Shown here: piece after piece, positions 23,904-37,167 of the stretch
Layout of the letters: every line of letters starts with the position of its first letter
Numbering within the stretch: the first letter of the stretch is position 1
Source: Podarcis bocagei
Lineage: Eukaryota
Assembly: GCA_964188305.1 (NCBI GenBank)
Contig: OZ076895.1
Strand: one strand, 5' to 3'
DNA length: 64,000 nt
Made by a program: the position numbers and the translations under genes
The notes under the pieces: generated by a model
Database searches by the model: none
What the model was told of the DNA's origin: nothing
What the model saw: the letters and a program-made list of their open reading frames with translations, nothing else

Positions 23904-24260
23904 GGGACACGGGTGGCGCTGTGGGTTAAACCACAGAGTCTAGGACTTGCCGATCAGAAGGTCGGCAGTTCGAATCCCCGCGACGGGGTGAGCGCCCGTT
24001 GCTCAGTCCCTGCTCCTGCCAACATAGCAGTTTGAAAGCATATCAAGGTTCAAGTAGATAAATAGGTACCACTCCAGAGGGAAGGTAAATGGCATTTCCG
24101 TGCGCTGCTCTGGTTTGCCAGAAGTGGCTTAGTCATGCTGGCCACATGACCCGGAAGCTGTACGCCGGCTCCCTCAGCCAATAAAGCGAGATGAGCACCG
24201 CAACCCCAGAGTCGGCCACGACTGGACCTAATAGTCAGGGGTCCCTTTACCTTTAACTTT
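23904..24260 (+). mobile_element. Sauria SINE, full length
   Basis: Consensus head and tail. TSD taactcaaagc at 23892-23902 and 24262-24272. Confidence 0.95.
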
Positions 24261-26939
24261 ATAACTCAAAGCATGGGGAAAAGACAAACAAGCTCATGAG
24301 CAATCTTTTTATATTCATCTGTTCACAGGTCATGCTTATGAGCTATTTGTTAAATCTACACTTCAGTGACCCTAAACTCCAATTTTATTCCACAGAGCAA
24401 TAAATGTTGCAAAGCACACATATTTTCTTGTATTAACTGAGTATGTATGGCTGGATTTGGTTGCATAATTTATCTCGCACTCTCACCCCCTCCCTGCTTT
24501 TCCAGAATTTTGGGTGTTTTTCAGAGGCAGCCTGACTCCTTTCGTCACCTAAGGAGAAGCGATTCAGGCTTTTGGCATTCCAGATGTTGATGGACTACAA
24601 CCCCCATTATCCCTGACCATTGGCCATGCTGGCAAGGGCTGCTGGGAGCTAAGAGTCCAACAACATCTGGAGGCTCACAGTTCGGTTGCCACATGGACCT
24701 TATCATGTTGAAAAGCATATCCATGTTGTGTCTGTTTAGCAGTACAGGTGCAATGCAGCAGCTATTGAGCATTAGCGGTGAAGTCCATTCAAATTTCACA
24801 CTAAGCACAAATTCCTCTCAGGCAAGCCACATTCCCTCATCCTCAGTTCTTCATCAGTGATGAGGATGAGGATACTACATGATCCAAATGAACTATAATA
24901 AGTTTTTTCCCCCAGGCTTTACTTTCCAGTCATGACTCATGATTCTCCCTACCGCTGATGGGAGAGAGAGACAGAGGAGAGTGACAGAGAAGAGTGACAC
25001 AGCTGGTCTCCAACCTCACACTGTGGGTTAGGTCTAATGGCTATCTGCTACATCATCCTGGGATGCCCTGTCTCTGGACAAGAAACAAGTGTGAAGATAA
25101 TGTTACTTCGGTGCTGGACTGCTTCTCTCCGGCACTGCCAAAGTGGAAGGGGCCCACCATAGTTAAGGTGGAAGGGACAGCACAGTTTCAAATTACCTGA
25201 TAAATGTCTCATGTACTGCAGATATTAATACTGCTCAGCTTGAAGTGACTGGATGCATAAAAACTGACTCCTTTTGGAATAAAATGTTGTCCAGATTCAA
25301 AGCTTTACATGCAGAACTTAAATCAAAACAGAACAAAAAATGGTAAATGATCCGTCTAAACAGCTCCATAAGATCATGTGCATGTCCAGCATAAGCTCAG
25401 CATCTTATATTATGTATTAGTCTTCATCCTGCCTAAGGCTATGTAGCTCCTGGAGAGCCATTATCACATCTTACTGCCGCTCTGGCTGGGAACAAAAGGC
25501 CAGGGCAACTCCCTTCAAAATGGTGATTTGCAATTCAGTAGCCTCGCATGTGATCTAAGGTTAAACACTCACATGTTAGCGAGCAGAGAACAATAGTGCT
25601 TAGAAAGCTCTTCTTGAACTTCAATGGAATCTTCCAGTTAAACCCTTTCTGCAACATAGGCATTCTCCATTTCAGTGTGAATTAAGCAATTATACATAAC
25701 AACATGCCGGTTAATGCATTTTTATCCCACTCTTCCTCTACTCTTCCCTTAATAGTGTGCATACATGATTCTCTTTCCCCCTCCACTTTAACTTCATGAC
25801 AGCCCTGTGAGGTGAGCTAGGTGACTGATGCAGAGGGAGTTTCATGACTCAATTTGAATCGGCTCTTCCCAGCCCAGAACAATAACCATCTACTACACCA
25901 GGTTGGCTGTATTCTTAGTCAAAGCAATCTGCAGTTTCAGTACTAGAGGCCATCATAGTCCAAAATTTGGGATAAGACCATGCACATTCTGGCATTTAAA
26001 TTCAAAGTTGCATTTAGTAGAGTTTGCAGCTTACAAAATCCACAATTTGGTGGAGAAGCAAGACCACCCTGAATTTCAATAACAGCTTGCAATAAAATCT
26101 TGGCTTTTAAACAATGCCTTGGCTGCTCTTCAGCTTTACGGGTGTTGTGTTTTTTTTTTTAAGTTAAAAAGAATACTTCTTTAAATCATAAAGCATGCCC
26201 TGTATTTTATTTCTCTGCAAAGAAGTCTTTAAAATCTGAAATATGCTGAATAGGAGAGAGGCAGGGTCACAAAAGCATTTAGAATGAAAGAAAGCTGAGG
26301 AAATTAATATATTATTGTTCCAGTTGCTATTTGCGCTCTTAAACTATGCCTGGATTGCTGGTCTATGTACATGACTGTGTTTCCCCTAAGTATAATTCAA
26401 GCAGAGAGGGCAAGCATTGGGATCTCGAGAGTACAATAATGTAAGATCTCCCTCTTTTTTCTATCCAGCCCCCATTTTGTTCAATGTACACCTTCGCAGC
26501 CATTTTAGGGCCAAACTAGATGCCAGGAGTGCTCTGATGGTGTTTCCTGCTTGGCAGGGGGTTGGACTCGATGGCCCTTGTGGTCTCTTCCAACTCTCTG
26601 ATTCTATGATTCTATGTGAGGAACCTTCTCCTTATGTGTGGGTTTGACTCAAACGTAAATAAAGTAGGGGGTGGGTGCATGGGGTGGTCTGCTGGATTCC
26701 CTCCACCTCCCACTCCCAGTTTATCCCCCTACAGGTCACTTTACCCTCAGCCAGAAGTGAACCTGGCCAGGAGGAAAAGGTCTCATCATGAGAAAGTCTG
26801 TAGGAGGTCCAAATGGGCATGCAGAGGGCTGAGCATCCCATCACATGCCCCTTTTGCTCTTTAAATCAAGCTGCATCCCCTATCCCCCACATTATATGCA
26901 TGTATACATTTCTTAAATGTGTTCCCCACCCTTCAGCTG

Positions 26940-27575
26940 GAGCACAGGTTGAGCTGCATTTACGAACGGGTGAATCTGTCCATTTCAGTTTCACATTTTC
27001 CACCACCTTAAGTTCAGTGCACTTACATCAGCAAGTGATTTTTCTTCCTTATAAAAGCTGACCAGCATTTTAGGGTGGAATTCAACATCACACAGTGACA
27101 AACCCCCCTCTACTGTTTGGGGGGTTCTCCTGACCCTCCAGAGTGGATTTGGGGGAGGTGTGGGGAGCAGGGAGTTTGGGGGCAGGAGACACAGGGAGAA
27201 AGAATGCTCACTGTTGTGCTCATGGAAGTCCTTGCATTGGCTTTCACTAGCTCACCAGGATAGTGGATTCTGGCCTCTTGGTCAAATTCTCCAAATACAT
27301 CCACATTTGCTTGCAAAGTTGCTCAATACACATATTTTTGCAAGGCAATTTTCCCTAATAAAAGGCATTTTTGCATGTTATTTTCATGAATATATGCATT
27401 CTCATGCACACTTTAGCATACACATTGCTGGGCAACTGCATTGCAAAATTCAGAGAAGTGCAGATTTTGAGGAATGGCTGGCTGCATTCAGTTTGCATGT
27501 TGTTTTGGAAAGAGTTAAGTAGGTAGTTTCATTCTGTATATGCAGACTGGATCACAATTCTCACCCATACCTAGT
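26940..27575. mobile_element. Old non-autonomous DNA transposon remnant (squamate aattttgcaatgcag/cagccatccttc family)
   Basis: Shared motif gcattgcaaaattcagaga...ttttgaggaatggctg. Also found at about 35140-35290, 38380-38740, 43260-43452, 49640-49790, 54340-54467 and 63210-63310. Confidence 0.5.
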
Positions 27576-27897
27576 GACATGCAATTAAAACTAGATCATA
27601 CAACACTTAAAACTACAGTAAAAGTTATTCATTTATTATTCCATATTTATAGCTGTTAAAGCCTGCAGCGGTTACACCCAGGCAATCCCAGCTCAAGACA
27701 TTTTGCTACCTGAGGCAGATGAGTTCTGAGTCAAGGTGTGTGGTAGTAGGGCAGAGTTATTTTGGCACCTGAAGCAGAAAATCCCACAAGCTCTTCTCCC
27801 CCTTCCCAGCAGTAATGAGCAAAACAACAACTTGGTGCCCTTTTATAATACCCAAAATTCAACTTCCTGAGGTGCCTGCATCTCACTCTGTCTAATG

Positions 27898-28156
27898 CAG
27901 GAGTCAGCAAACTTTTTCAGCAGGGGGCTGGTCCACTGTCCCTCAGACCTTGTGAGGGGCTGGACTATATTTTGCAAAAAATAAATAAATGAATGAATGA
28001 ATTCCTATGCCCCACAAATAACCCAGAGATGCATTTAAAATAAAAGGACACATTCTACTCATGTAAAAACATGCTGATTCCCGGACCATCTGTGGGCCAG
28101 ATTGAGAAGGCGATTGGGCCAGATCTGGCCCCCGGGCCTTAGTTTGTCTACCCATG
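27898..28156. mobile_element. hAT (Charlie-like) MITE nested in an older element
   Basis: TIR caggagtcagcaaact...agtttgtctacccatg. Perfect 8-bp TSD gtctaatg at 27890-27897 and 28157-28164. Confidence 0.88.
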
Positions 28157-28277
28157 GTCTAATGGTAGGGCTGGCTACCTTGTGGGGAGCTGGGCCTGTT
28201 GTACAGTAGAGGAAATGCTACCTCTGAATGGAAGCAACTCTAGAGATTCCTAATGCTGGGTGATTCCCATGTCAAAA

Positions 28278-28552
28278 AGGAAGAAGAAGAGGAGGAGTAG
28301 GAGGAGTAGTAGTAGTTTGGATTCAATATTCCGCTTTATCACTACCAGAAGGAGTCTCAAAGCGGCAAACATTCTCCTTTCCCTTCTTCCCCCACAACAA
28401 ACACTCTGTGAGGTGAGTGGGGCTGAGAGACTTCAGAGAAGTGTGACTGGCCCAAGGTCACCCAGCAGCTGCATGTGGAGGAGCGGAGACACGAACCCGG
28501 TTCACCAGATTACGAGACTACCACTCTTAACCACTACACCACACTGGCTCTC
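28278..28552 (-). mobile_element. tRNA/CORE SINE with (CTT)n-type tail (Squam3-like)
   Basis: Reverse complement of gagagccagtgtggtgtagtggttaagag...gggtgaccttgggccagtcac...tccaaact(ctt)n; near-identical to the copies at 54761 and 55567. Confidence 0.9.
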
Positions 28553-28919
28553 TACATATCTCTGTGTTGCTTATTGAACCCTGAAGGTGGAATTCTGGCT
28601 CTGCAGAGGTTAAGAGGACCTATGCAGCCCCCTGCAAGAGTTCGAAACACAGGCCTGCAGCAAGGCTTCTCCCAGGCTGAGGAAAGAGCTAAAGGTTGCC
28701 GGGTGCTATGTTCTCCTTAACAGTTAGCCCACTCCACCTGGGTATAATACAGAGACCAGACTTTGAGAACCGCTGGTTTAAAGAGTTGATTCAAACCCCT
28801 GTGGAAATAGCTGGTGCCCAATTGGCTGCACCTCTTTCATTTCATTTCTTTCTGCATTTCCCCCCTTGTATTGTTCACTTCCATCTGAGAACAACTGCTA
28901 TGTGTTTTGAACAACAGTC

Positions 28920-29420
28920 TGAGTAATTAGAGCCAGTCAACTTTGCTGTGCATAAATTGCCAGCCCGAATGTGCTGATGTCACCTGGGGTGTTTGTTTTC
29001 CCTGGGACTAATTAAGGGGCCTAATTTGATGGCGCACTGAAAACAGATCGGCCTTTTGTGCTCCAACATGAGTTATACGCGGGTCCCTCCCAAAGGTGTG
29101 TGCAATTGTAATCCTAATTAACTTTGCCACTCAGAGTACTTTTGGTATATGCAAATACAAGGCATCTGGCTCCAGGCACAATTACATGTAAATTTGCCCT
29201 GCCTGCTGTTTCAATAAAAAAATTGAAAACTTAATCAGCCCATATGTTTTCTGCTAGATGTTTTGCGTGCAGCCTGTTGGTAAAAGAAGGGGGGGGGATT
29301 CCTCCTGGCTCACCCAGGGGTGAAGCTCAGTAATTTTAGACATTGAACTTAATGTCCTTACGGAGAACCCTTTTTAGATGGCTAAGATTTAAAGCACGCA
29401 ATTTACATCTCACCCCTCCC
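28920..29420. promoter_or_regulatory. Candidate conserved non-coding enhancer
   Basis: Repeat-free block with several TAATTA/TAATT homeodomain cores, octamer ATGCAAAT (29149-29156), ATGTAAAT (29186-29193), SOX-like CTTTTGT and retained CpGs. Conservation not tested. Confidence 0.45.
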
Positions 29421-29845
29421 TGTCTCCATGCTTTACAACCCTGATACATTAAAACAAAAAACATTTCCCCCTCTTTTGTCTTTGGCATCTATAACAATTA
29501 CGTAGGCCTATTTGTGTGTGTGTGTGTGTGTGTTACTTGGTGTGTGTGACTTGGTGTGCTGAAACATCCCATAGACTCCTGAGGGATAATCATATTTGAC
29601 CTGAAACATGAGGGGAGGGGTTGGTAGGATGATTCGCACGTTGCTAAATGGCATCACTTTTCAGAGTGCTGTGCTTGGCAATGAAATCTTTCGTGGCCTT
29701 TTTATAATCATATCTCACACTCCGAATGCTGGAGACCAAGGAACTGGCATGACTTCATGATCTATGCACACATTCAGGACTAGATGCCATGAACTGAAAG
29801 TCAGCAGCTTCTGTTTAGTTTACCTTTTTCAGGATAGTGAGCTTG

Positions 29846-30434
29846 CATACCTTCCAACATTTCTCCGATGACAATAGGGATGTCCCATTCCACAATGATG
29901 ATTTTACTATTTATACCCCACACATTTTACTTGGTTGGCCCAGCCACTCTGGGCAGCTTCCAACATATATAAAAACATAATAAAACATTAAACCTTTTTT
30001 TTATATAAAAAACAACAACAACTTCTCTATACAGTGGTACCTCGGGTTACAGATTCTTCAGGTCACAGACTCCGCTAACCCAGAAATAGTACCTCGGGTT
30101 AAGAACTTTGCTTCAGGATGAGAACAGAAATCGTGCTCCAGTGGCGCGGCAGCAGCGGGAGGCCCCATTAGCTAAAGTGGTGCTTCAGGTTAAGAACAGT
30201 TTCAGGTTAAGAATGGACCTCCAGAACGAATTAAGTTCTTAACCCGAGATACCACTGTACAGGATTGCCTTCAGTTGGCTCGGAGGTCGGATAACTCCAT
30301 ACCCTCCAACATTTCTCCAATGAAAATAGGGACATCCTAAGGAAAAGTGGGACATTCTGAGATCAAATCAGAAATTGGGACGGCTTCTCTAAATCAGGGA
30401 TGTCCCTGGAAAATAGGGACACATGGAGGATCTG
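29846..30434. mobile_element. Composite hAT-like element containing an L2 3' tail and a nested Tigger-like MITE
   Basis: Termini cataccttcca...tggaggatctg; left end duplicated at about 30298; subterminal gggac repeats. Same architecture at 39526-39897. Confidence 0.7.
30032..30257. mobile_element. Tigger/pogo-like MITE
   Basis: TIR cagtggtacctcgggtta...taacccgagataccactg with TA TSD. Confidence 0.92.
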
Positions 30435-32619
30435 GGCTTGCCACGCCCTTTTTAAATAGGTTACCCCTGGCAACATAGGGAGTGTTCAAAATGGAACCTG
30501 GAGCACCTTAATACTGTGCAAAGCAATGCATTTTTAAATCAAAAACCGTATTTTTTAAAAAATGGGTGAGCAGCCATTGTTGTTTCAGTGTCTCAAACTC
30601 CCAGTAGCCTGGGAACTTGAAATACGTTTTGCACGTAGCACTGTCTAATCTAATTAAGTTTATAAAACCGTTCCATTGTAGGGCTCTTCATAAAATAGAA
30701 TAAGACAAACCCTGCAACTGTGTCTTCTTCTGGGTGTCTCCACACTCAGTTCCTGGAATAGCTGGATGTGACTTCCAGCACAGAGGAGGTTCCTTTCATG
30801 CTCCAGAGCAGACACGCCAACTCTAGGGGACTGAAGTGCCTTCAGCCCCCTCAATATTTGTTGGAAGGGGGCTGGGGCCTCTCAACATTGAGGGGGCCCA
30901 GCATGTGGCATGTGGTGCGAGTGTGTGATGTCACACGTATGACATGTGTTGCGCATCACAGCTCCTGTGCATGCTGTGCACTAGGGGCCCTCAATCTTGG
31001 GGGCAAACTGGTGCCTCTGCTCCAGAGTGTGCCCTGAGGGCCCACGACCCCAGTTCCAGCGGGTATAAACTCTGCCTCCAACCTTTGTGGGTCCAGCTGA
31101 ACACACCTAGAAACTTTCCCCACAACTGGGAGCTCTTGATATTACAGAGTTGTCCGTTGCTGGGAGGTGAATGAGCGTAAACATTCAAACCATCTAGGAC
31201 CTGCTGCCACCAACATTATTTAGATGCCACAATATTGGAAACAGCCTTGTTACATACGCTGCAACTGTCCCATTTTAAGTAGGGCATCACAGAAGCAGCA
31301 GGATGGTGGGGGGGGGTGTCCCCCCCAAAAAATAATAATCTTGCAGGGTGTCCTGTTAGGTCACGTGAAGATATATATGGGAAAGTATTTTTCTATCAAT
31401 TTACAAATGCATATATTTCTGCCTAAGTAATTCCCCCTCCCTGCAAGTATGTAGAAATCACTGTCTTCTTTTTGGGTTGCTGCAATTTCTCATCGAAACA
31501 GATAGACACTATTGAATTTGCTTTTAGAGGGGATTTCTCTGCCCCCTCCCCCATAACTTCAGGTAGCAGGAATCCTCTCCTTTCATTCACCAGGACAGAT
31601 TGTGAATATTCATTGGATTCCAGATGACCTTGAAAACTTGGTCCAGCCCCTATACCTGGTAATAATAAGGTAAAGCTCGAGTTATTCTTACTAGCATCTT
31701 TTTATTGTGATAGTTATTCAGTGAGTGCCAATGGTTCCCAGCTCTTGGATTAAGAATCTGATGCATTCTAGAGAGACATTCAGAGAAAACTAGCTGTCTT
31801 TATATCACACTGAAGCCAGTGGGACAAGTTAGTTGTGACTAATTTAAGCCCCATAGACTGCAACAGGACTTAAGCGTGACTAACATTCTCTGGAATGGTG
31901 CCATTTTGCTTAGACCAAACACAAGGGATGGAATTTGCTTTGTGAGTCTGGAGGGGGCATTCAAGCGACAGACTATACCCAGGAGCTCCATGGATGCTGA
32001 GTGTGAAAGAAAGAGGATATTATAAAGTAAATTCTTAAGCCATCTTTGGCACAGAGTTGGATTAAGTTGTAACTGGAATGCTTCTGAAGCTAGGTGTGGT
32101 CTTCAAGGTATGTGTATCTCCTTCTAATAACATATAAAACAAGATTTCAAGAAAACCATCTGTGAACACTTAAAGCAGGTAAAACAATGTGAGGAAATAT
32201 GTCCAGAATGTTATCTTTTTCGTCTGCCAACTCTGTCTTCCAGATAAATGGCAAACGCCAGTTCCTTGTTGCAGGGAAGAAGCCGAGAAAATAAAGCAGT
32301 GGGTGTTTTTATTTTGCCTTTGGGAGAGAGGCTTAAATTCAGAAAACATTCTGATGATTATTCCATTTGACAACATGATGGAGGAGGGAAAAACAAAGTC
32401 AGGCCGTCGGAGGCGCAGTCAAAGAAAATAAAAATGGCTTATTATTAGCGTGGTTTTGTGTCCGGTGCCAGATTCTTTCAACTCAAGTAAATCAACTTGA
32501 GCTGTGTTGAATGCAGTGAGAATGGCATTACTTTAAAAATGGGACACTTGCTTCAATCTTTTAACACCTCTTCAATATATTAAAGGAGCCCACGCTACAA
32601 ACCAAGCTGGACTGCACTA

Positions 32620-32868
32620 GGGTCACACTGACACCTCACACTTAAAGTCCTATGATTCCACTTTAAACAGCCATGGCTTACCCCAAAGAATTCTGGGAGT
32701 GATTGACTGTTAAAACACTCTGAGAATTGCACTCCTGTGTGAAGAACAGTGGCCTCCTAACATCTCTCAACGCCTTAACAAAATGCAGCTCCCATAATTC
32801 TTTTGGAGAAGATATACTGTTTAAAGTGGCACCATAGTGCTCTGAAAGCATGGTGTGAATGTGGCCAA
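32620..32868. mobile_element. Palindromic MITE (catttaaagcac...catggcttcccccaaagaatcctggg family)
   Basis: Long imperfect TIRs ggtcacactgacacc...ggtgtgaatgtggcc. Relatives at 2909-3018, 21620-21727, 51250-51412, 58850-59022, 59815-60390 and 62341-62995. Confidence 0.65.
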
Positions 32869-33740
32869 GGCTACACGCCTTCATTAGCCCTCCATGCGCA
32901 TGATAAACACTCGAAGTGGGTGGCAGGACAGTACTCACTGAACCCAGGCCTACCTCCATGCGTCTGTCACACCATTATCCACATACGATGAAATTATAAC
33001 CAGACAACAGGAAGCCCCCCGCCCCCTAGACAGTGGAACCTCTTGAAACTAATAAATCCAAAGAGTTGGGGACACATACATTAAAAAGTTGTTAAGTATG
33101 ACAGAGTTACATTAGCTTATAATATCGCCTTGTCTTCTGGCAAGAGTGACTTCAGAAACATTTCTGTAAAGCAAGGAATCGCAATCATTAGGTTCATAGG
33201 TAAGTGAATGCTCAGGGCAGCGAGAGGCTGTGATCTACACTGTTCACAAGATAAATAAAATCTGTCAAACCAGACAGATTCAAAAGTGTCATGTTTCTTT
33301 TGTTCCCTGACTGAGTTAACTTTTTTTGGGGGGGGGGAGTGACTTACCACACTTTATGATTCCACAGCTCTAAATCTACCCTGGCAAAGTCTTTCCATTG
33401 ATGGGCAATTATTGACTGTAGTCACTGACAAGCGGCTGGTCAGTTCCTTCCATTTGCCAATATCCACATTTCAGCTGCATAGGCACTACTTCCATATAGT
33501 CTACTGAACACATAGTCATTTGTGGACAGGGCAAATGTGTGGAGTCCTCCTCATCTATGCTAAATATATAAATAAACAATCTATGCTATATGTATGGAGG
33601 TGAAATGGCAGAAGAACAGTTATTTACATAACTGAAGTGACATAATGGATTCCATTGTCACTTGTGCTATGAGTGAATCAACAGGAGGTGACTTCTCATC
33701 TTAGGGTACTTCCCCACAACGTGTTTACTGAGTGTTCTGA

Positions 33741-33880
33741 TTTGTTAGCAAGGAGATTAGAGGATGTTGGCTATTTAATGAGCATTCATCCTGTTCGGTT
33801 TGCAAGGAGATTAGATGGTGTTAAATGTTTAATGAAAAGTCATCCTTTATTTGTTTGCAGAGATATTAGATGACGTTGCG
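33741..33880. repeat. Degenerate tandem repeat, ~54-bp unit, ~2.5 copies
   Basis: gcaaggagattagaggatgtt...tttaatga...tcatcct / gcaaggagattagatggtgtt...tttaatga...tcatcct / gcagagatattagatgacgtt. Confidence 0.7.
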
Positions 33881-35775
33881 TCAAAGAAAGTGTTAGTTCA
33901 CACTTTCCGGTGTGATTCCCCATCACTTTCCTTACTGCAAAAAGCCCAATCTTTGTACAAGACCTCCCATTCAACTATAATTGGGTAACCCTCAATTTGC
34001 CAGTAGGTGATTGAACCCCCACTTGGAAACAACGGCAATCTGGAAGTGCCTTTACATTTTTAGAATATGGAGTAATACCTAGCATGTATCATACTCAAAG
34101 TAAATACATTGATTTCAATGTGAGTATGAGTGGGGATGCTCATGGAAGTTGTTCACAATATGGTGAAATGCTTCCAAAGCACAGTCAACAAAGGGGAGGA
34201 TGACTGGGGCATCTTTGACCTGGTTTTGTCCAGGGAGTCGTACTAGCTAGTTCCAGTCTATACCAAGAATTACATAAGAGCTAAGCTCATGATTCTACAT
34301 GGAGCAGCCTTGTCACATTTCATTACAGTTCCCACGAGAAGTAATTCTTCCCCTCCCCTTCATCTATAGCTAGCTTTGCAACAGTCACTGACTTTAATTC
34401 TTCCTGAGACTGTAACCATTCAAGTCAAATTTAAGTCAGCTGGGCTGTTGTCTTAAAGGTTTACAAGGTTAACAACTGTTAGCTTGCTTTAGTGGTCAGT
34501 ATGATTTTCATGCTCATCTGGATTTCCCCCATTTCACAGCTCCTGACTTGACAGTGCAATGCCCCCAGTGACACGAGAAGTCTGGATGTGCCTTGATTTC
34601 TCGCTTGGCTTCCTCTTCAAAATTGACTTTAAGGGAAAGCAAGCGCGAGCTGACAGCTTGGCCTCTTAGTGATCTTGCTTTTCAATTAAATAAGGTTTTT
34701 TTAAACACACACACAGAGAGAGAGACGACACAGGTACACAGGCCAAGTCTACCAATTCTTGTTTCCACCACAAACTAATGCTACGAAAAAGTGAGTATCA
34801 AACGTTTAGAAAACGGGGCATGACAAGGATAAGACGAAAGCAACTTTTCCCTCATAGCTCCCATGTTCAGTCCCTCAAAATGGACAAGATGTAACTAATT
34901 AGCAGGAAAGCAGTTTTTGAGAGAATTTAGAACAAGCCATTTATGGCTGTATCAGGTGGCTATTGACAATAAGGTTCATTTCCCAGGGGGAATTGTTTCA
35001 ATAGCCCTTGATTTAGCCAGGGATATTCATTTGTGGAAGCAGTACTCTCTTTCTCTGTGAGTGTGTGTGCACATGCATCCATAGCTGAATGAGGAACTTC
35101 ATATAAAATAAATGCCGCATTTAAGGCCCTCATCAAAAATCACATTCAGTTACATTCGTTCTGGGAGTTGGAAGAATCTTTGAATTTTGCTTCCTTTCAG
35201 CTTCTTATATTTCCCCATCTTAAATTCAGTTCCCCACATTTCTATGATGATGTGTGATCCTCATGAAAATTCATCAGCATTTTATTTTATTTAATTATTC
35301 AGAGGGTTTGTACCCTGCTCTTCAGCCAAAAAGCTCCCTTAGAGACTTAACTTAAAATAAATTAAAACAGGACAGCCCCACCTGCAGGCTTACATTTTTT
35401 TTTTTAAGAATGACACACAAAGGAGAATAAGGAGAAGGGACAGGGACCAATTCTTAAACAGTTGTTCTTGTTGTATAATATACATACATACATACATACA
35501 TACATACATACAGGGCTTTTTTCATCTGGAACTTGACAGATTTGGAGTTGCCACTGTCTGAAATATGGCAACCCTACCCTTGCTAAATTCATGAATTTAG
35601 GAGTTTGCTCAAATTCCAACCCTACACTGAATTGCAGAGAGGTGGGGAGGGGTGTCTGCTCACTACACTACATTTTACCATATCACTGGCAGCCTTAAAA
35701 TGACGTATTACAGTGGAAAAGATGGCTTCCTCCAGAAGTACATCAGGGCAGCCATCTTCTTCTCTGTAAAGTTAC

Positions 35776-36426
35776 TGCGATAGGAATTTTATGGTCTTAG
35801 ATATATGGCAATGTTCATAACCGCACATACATAGATCGGCACAGGAAGGCCAACCTGGAACCATTTTGATTCCTAAACTGCGCAAATGTTTCTCTGCATG
35901 GAAAAAGTGGAAAAGCCTCCCCATTGTCTTTTCCTTCACAAAACCTGTCTTAAGGGTGTTTGAATAAGTATTTATCACTACAAAAGAATGGCCAGGCTCC
36001 TCAGGCAATCCAATCAAGTAACCTGCCAGACAGGAAATAAACAAGGACAAGAGAAAAACAATATTGAAATTTCTGTTTTAAGACCGCCTTTTCTGTGATG
36101 TATCTGAGGGGTGGTCTTAGGTTACACCCCTTCTGGGATGTATGTATCATGTTTCTGGGGGTGGTCTTGGTCTACAGGATGGGAATTTCAAAAGTCTTTA
36201 TAAGCCCTTGGACAGCATTTTTGTGGGTCCTCCTCCTCTCCTGCGTGTGAGGGGAGCACCCTGTTGCAACAGATCAATAAAGATCAAGCTTACTAGCTGC
36301 TTTGCTTCTCAATATTCTCTGGTTGGCCTCTGTTATTTTCTCCTACCAATAGGGAACCTATGTAAGGACTCTATATGGGCTCTTGGATACCCCATAAGGG
36401 AAAAGGGCATATTTTTATTTACAACA
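35776..36426 (+). mobile_element. Solo LTR (ERV-like)
   Basis: TG...CA ends (tgcgat...acaaca). 4-bp TSD ttac at 35772-35775 and 36427-36430. TATA-like tttataa at 36197-36203 and AATAAA at 36276-36281, in LTR order. Confidence 0.7.
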
Positions 36427-36780
36427 TTACCCAGCCACCATTAATGCACTGCTGTTTCTGGAGGCTTTTTACTGAAAAGCACAGAAATGGCCGTAATTTC
36501 TAGCTGCTACAGGCATCTGGAAACAGTTGTCTAAAAAGAATGAACAAACCAGGGAGGTCATTGGTCTTCCAAAACAATCTAAATTGGTTGGAAGTTTGTG
36601 GATTTTAGGATTTTGTTTTTTAAAAAAATTATTCTCATGGACTTGGGACAGAATGGGCTTGCTGGCCTACTCATGTGCAAGGGACATGGGCCACATCTGG
36701 ACTGTTTCTTCTGTTCCTACCATGCTGTCAGTGTGACTTATGGTGTCCCCTTGCAGCACTGCTTTAAGCCTTCACTACAG

Positions 36781-37167
36781 AGTGCGTGGCGCTGTGGTCT
36801 AAACCACTGAGCCTCTTGGGCTTGCTGATCAGAAGGTGGGTGGCTTGAATCCCTGCGACAGGGTGAGCTCCCATTGCTCTGTCCCTGTTCCTGCCAAACT
36901 AGCAGTTCGAAAGCACGCCAGTGCAAGTAGATAAATAGGTACTGCTGCGGCGGGAAGGTAAATGGCGTTTCTGTGCGCTCTGATTTCCGTCATGGTGTTC
37001 TGTTGTGCCAGAAGCAGTTTAGTCATGCTGTCCACATGACCAGAAAGCTGTCTGTGGACAAACGCCGGCTCCCTCGGCCTGAAAGTGAGATGAGCACCAC
37101 AACCCCATAGTCGCCTTTGATTGGACTTAACCACCTAGAGGTCCTTTACCTTACCTTTTTACCTTAC
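36781..37167 (+). mobile_element. Sauria SINE (longer variant)
   Basis: gtggcgctgtggtctaaaccactgagcc...gtcctttaccttacctttt. Confidence 0.92.
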
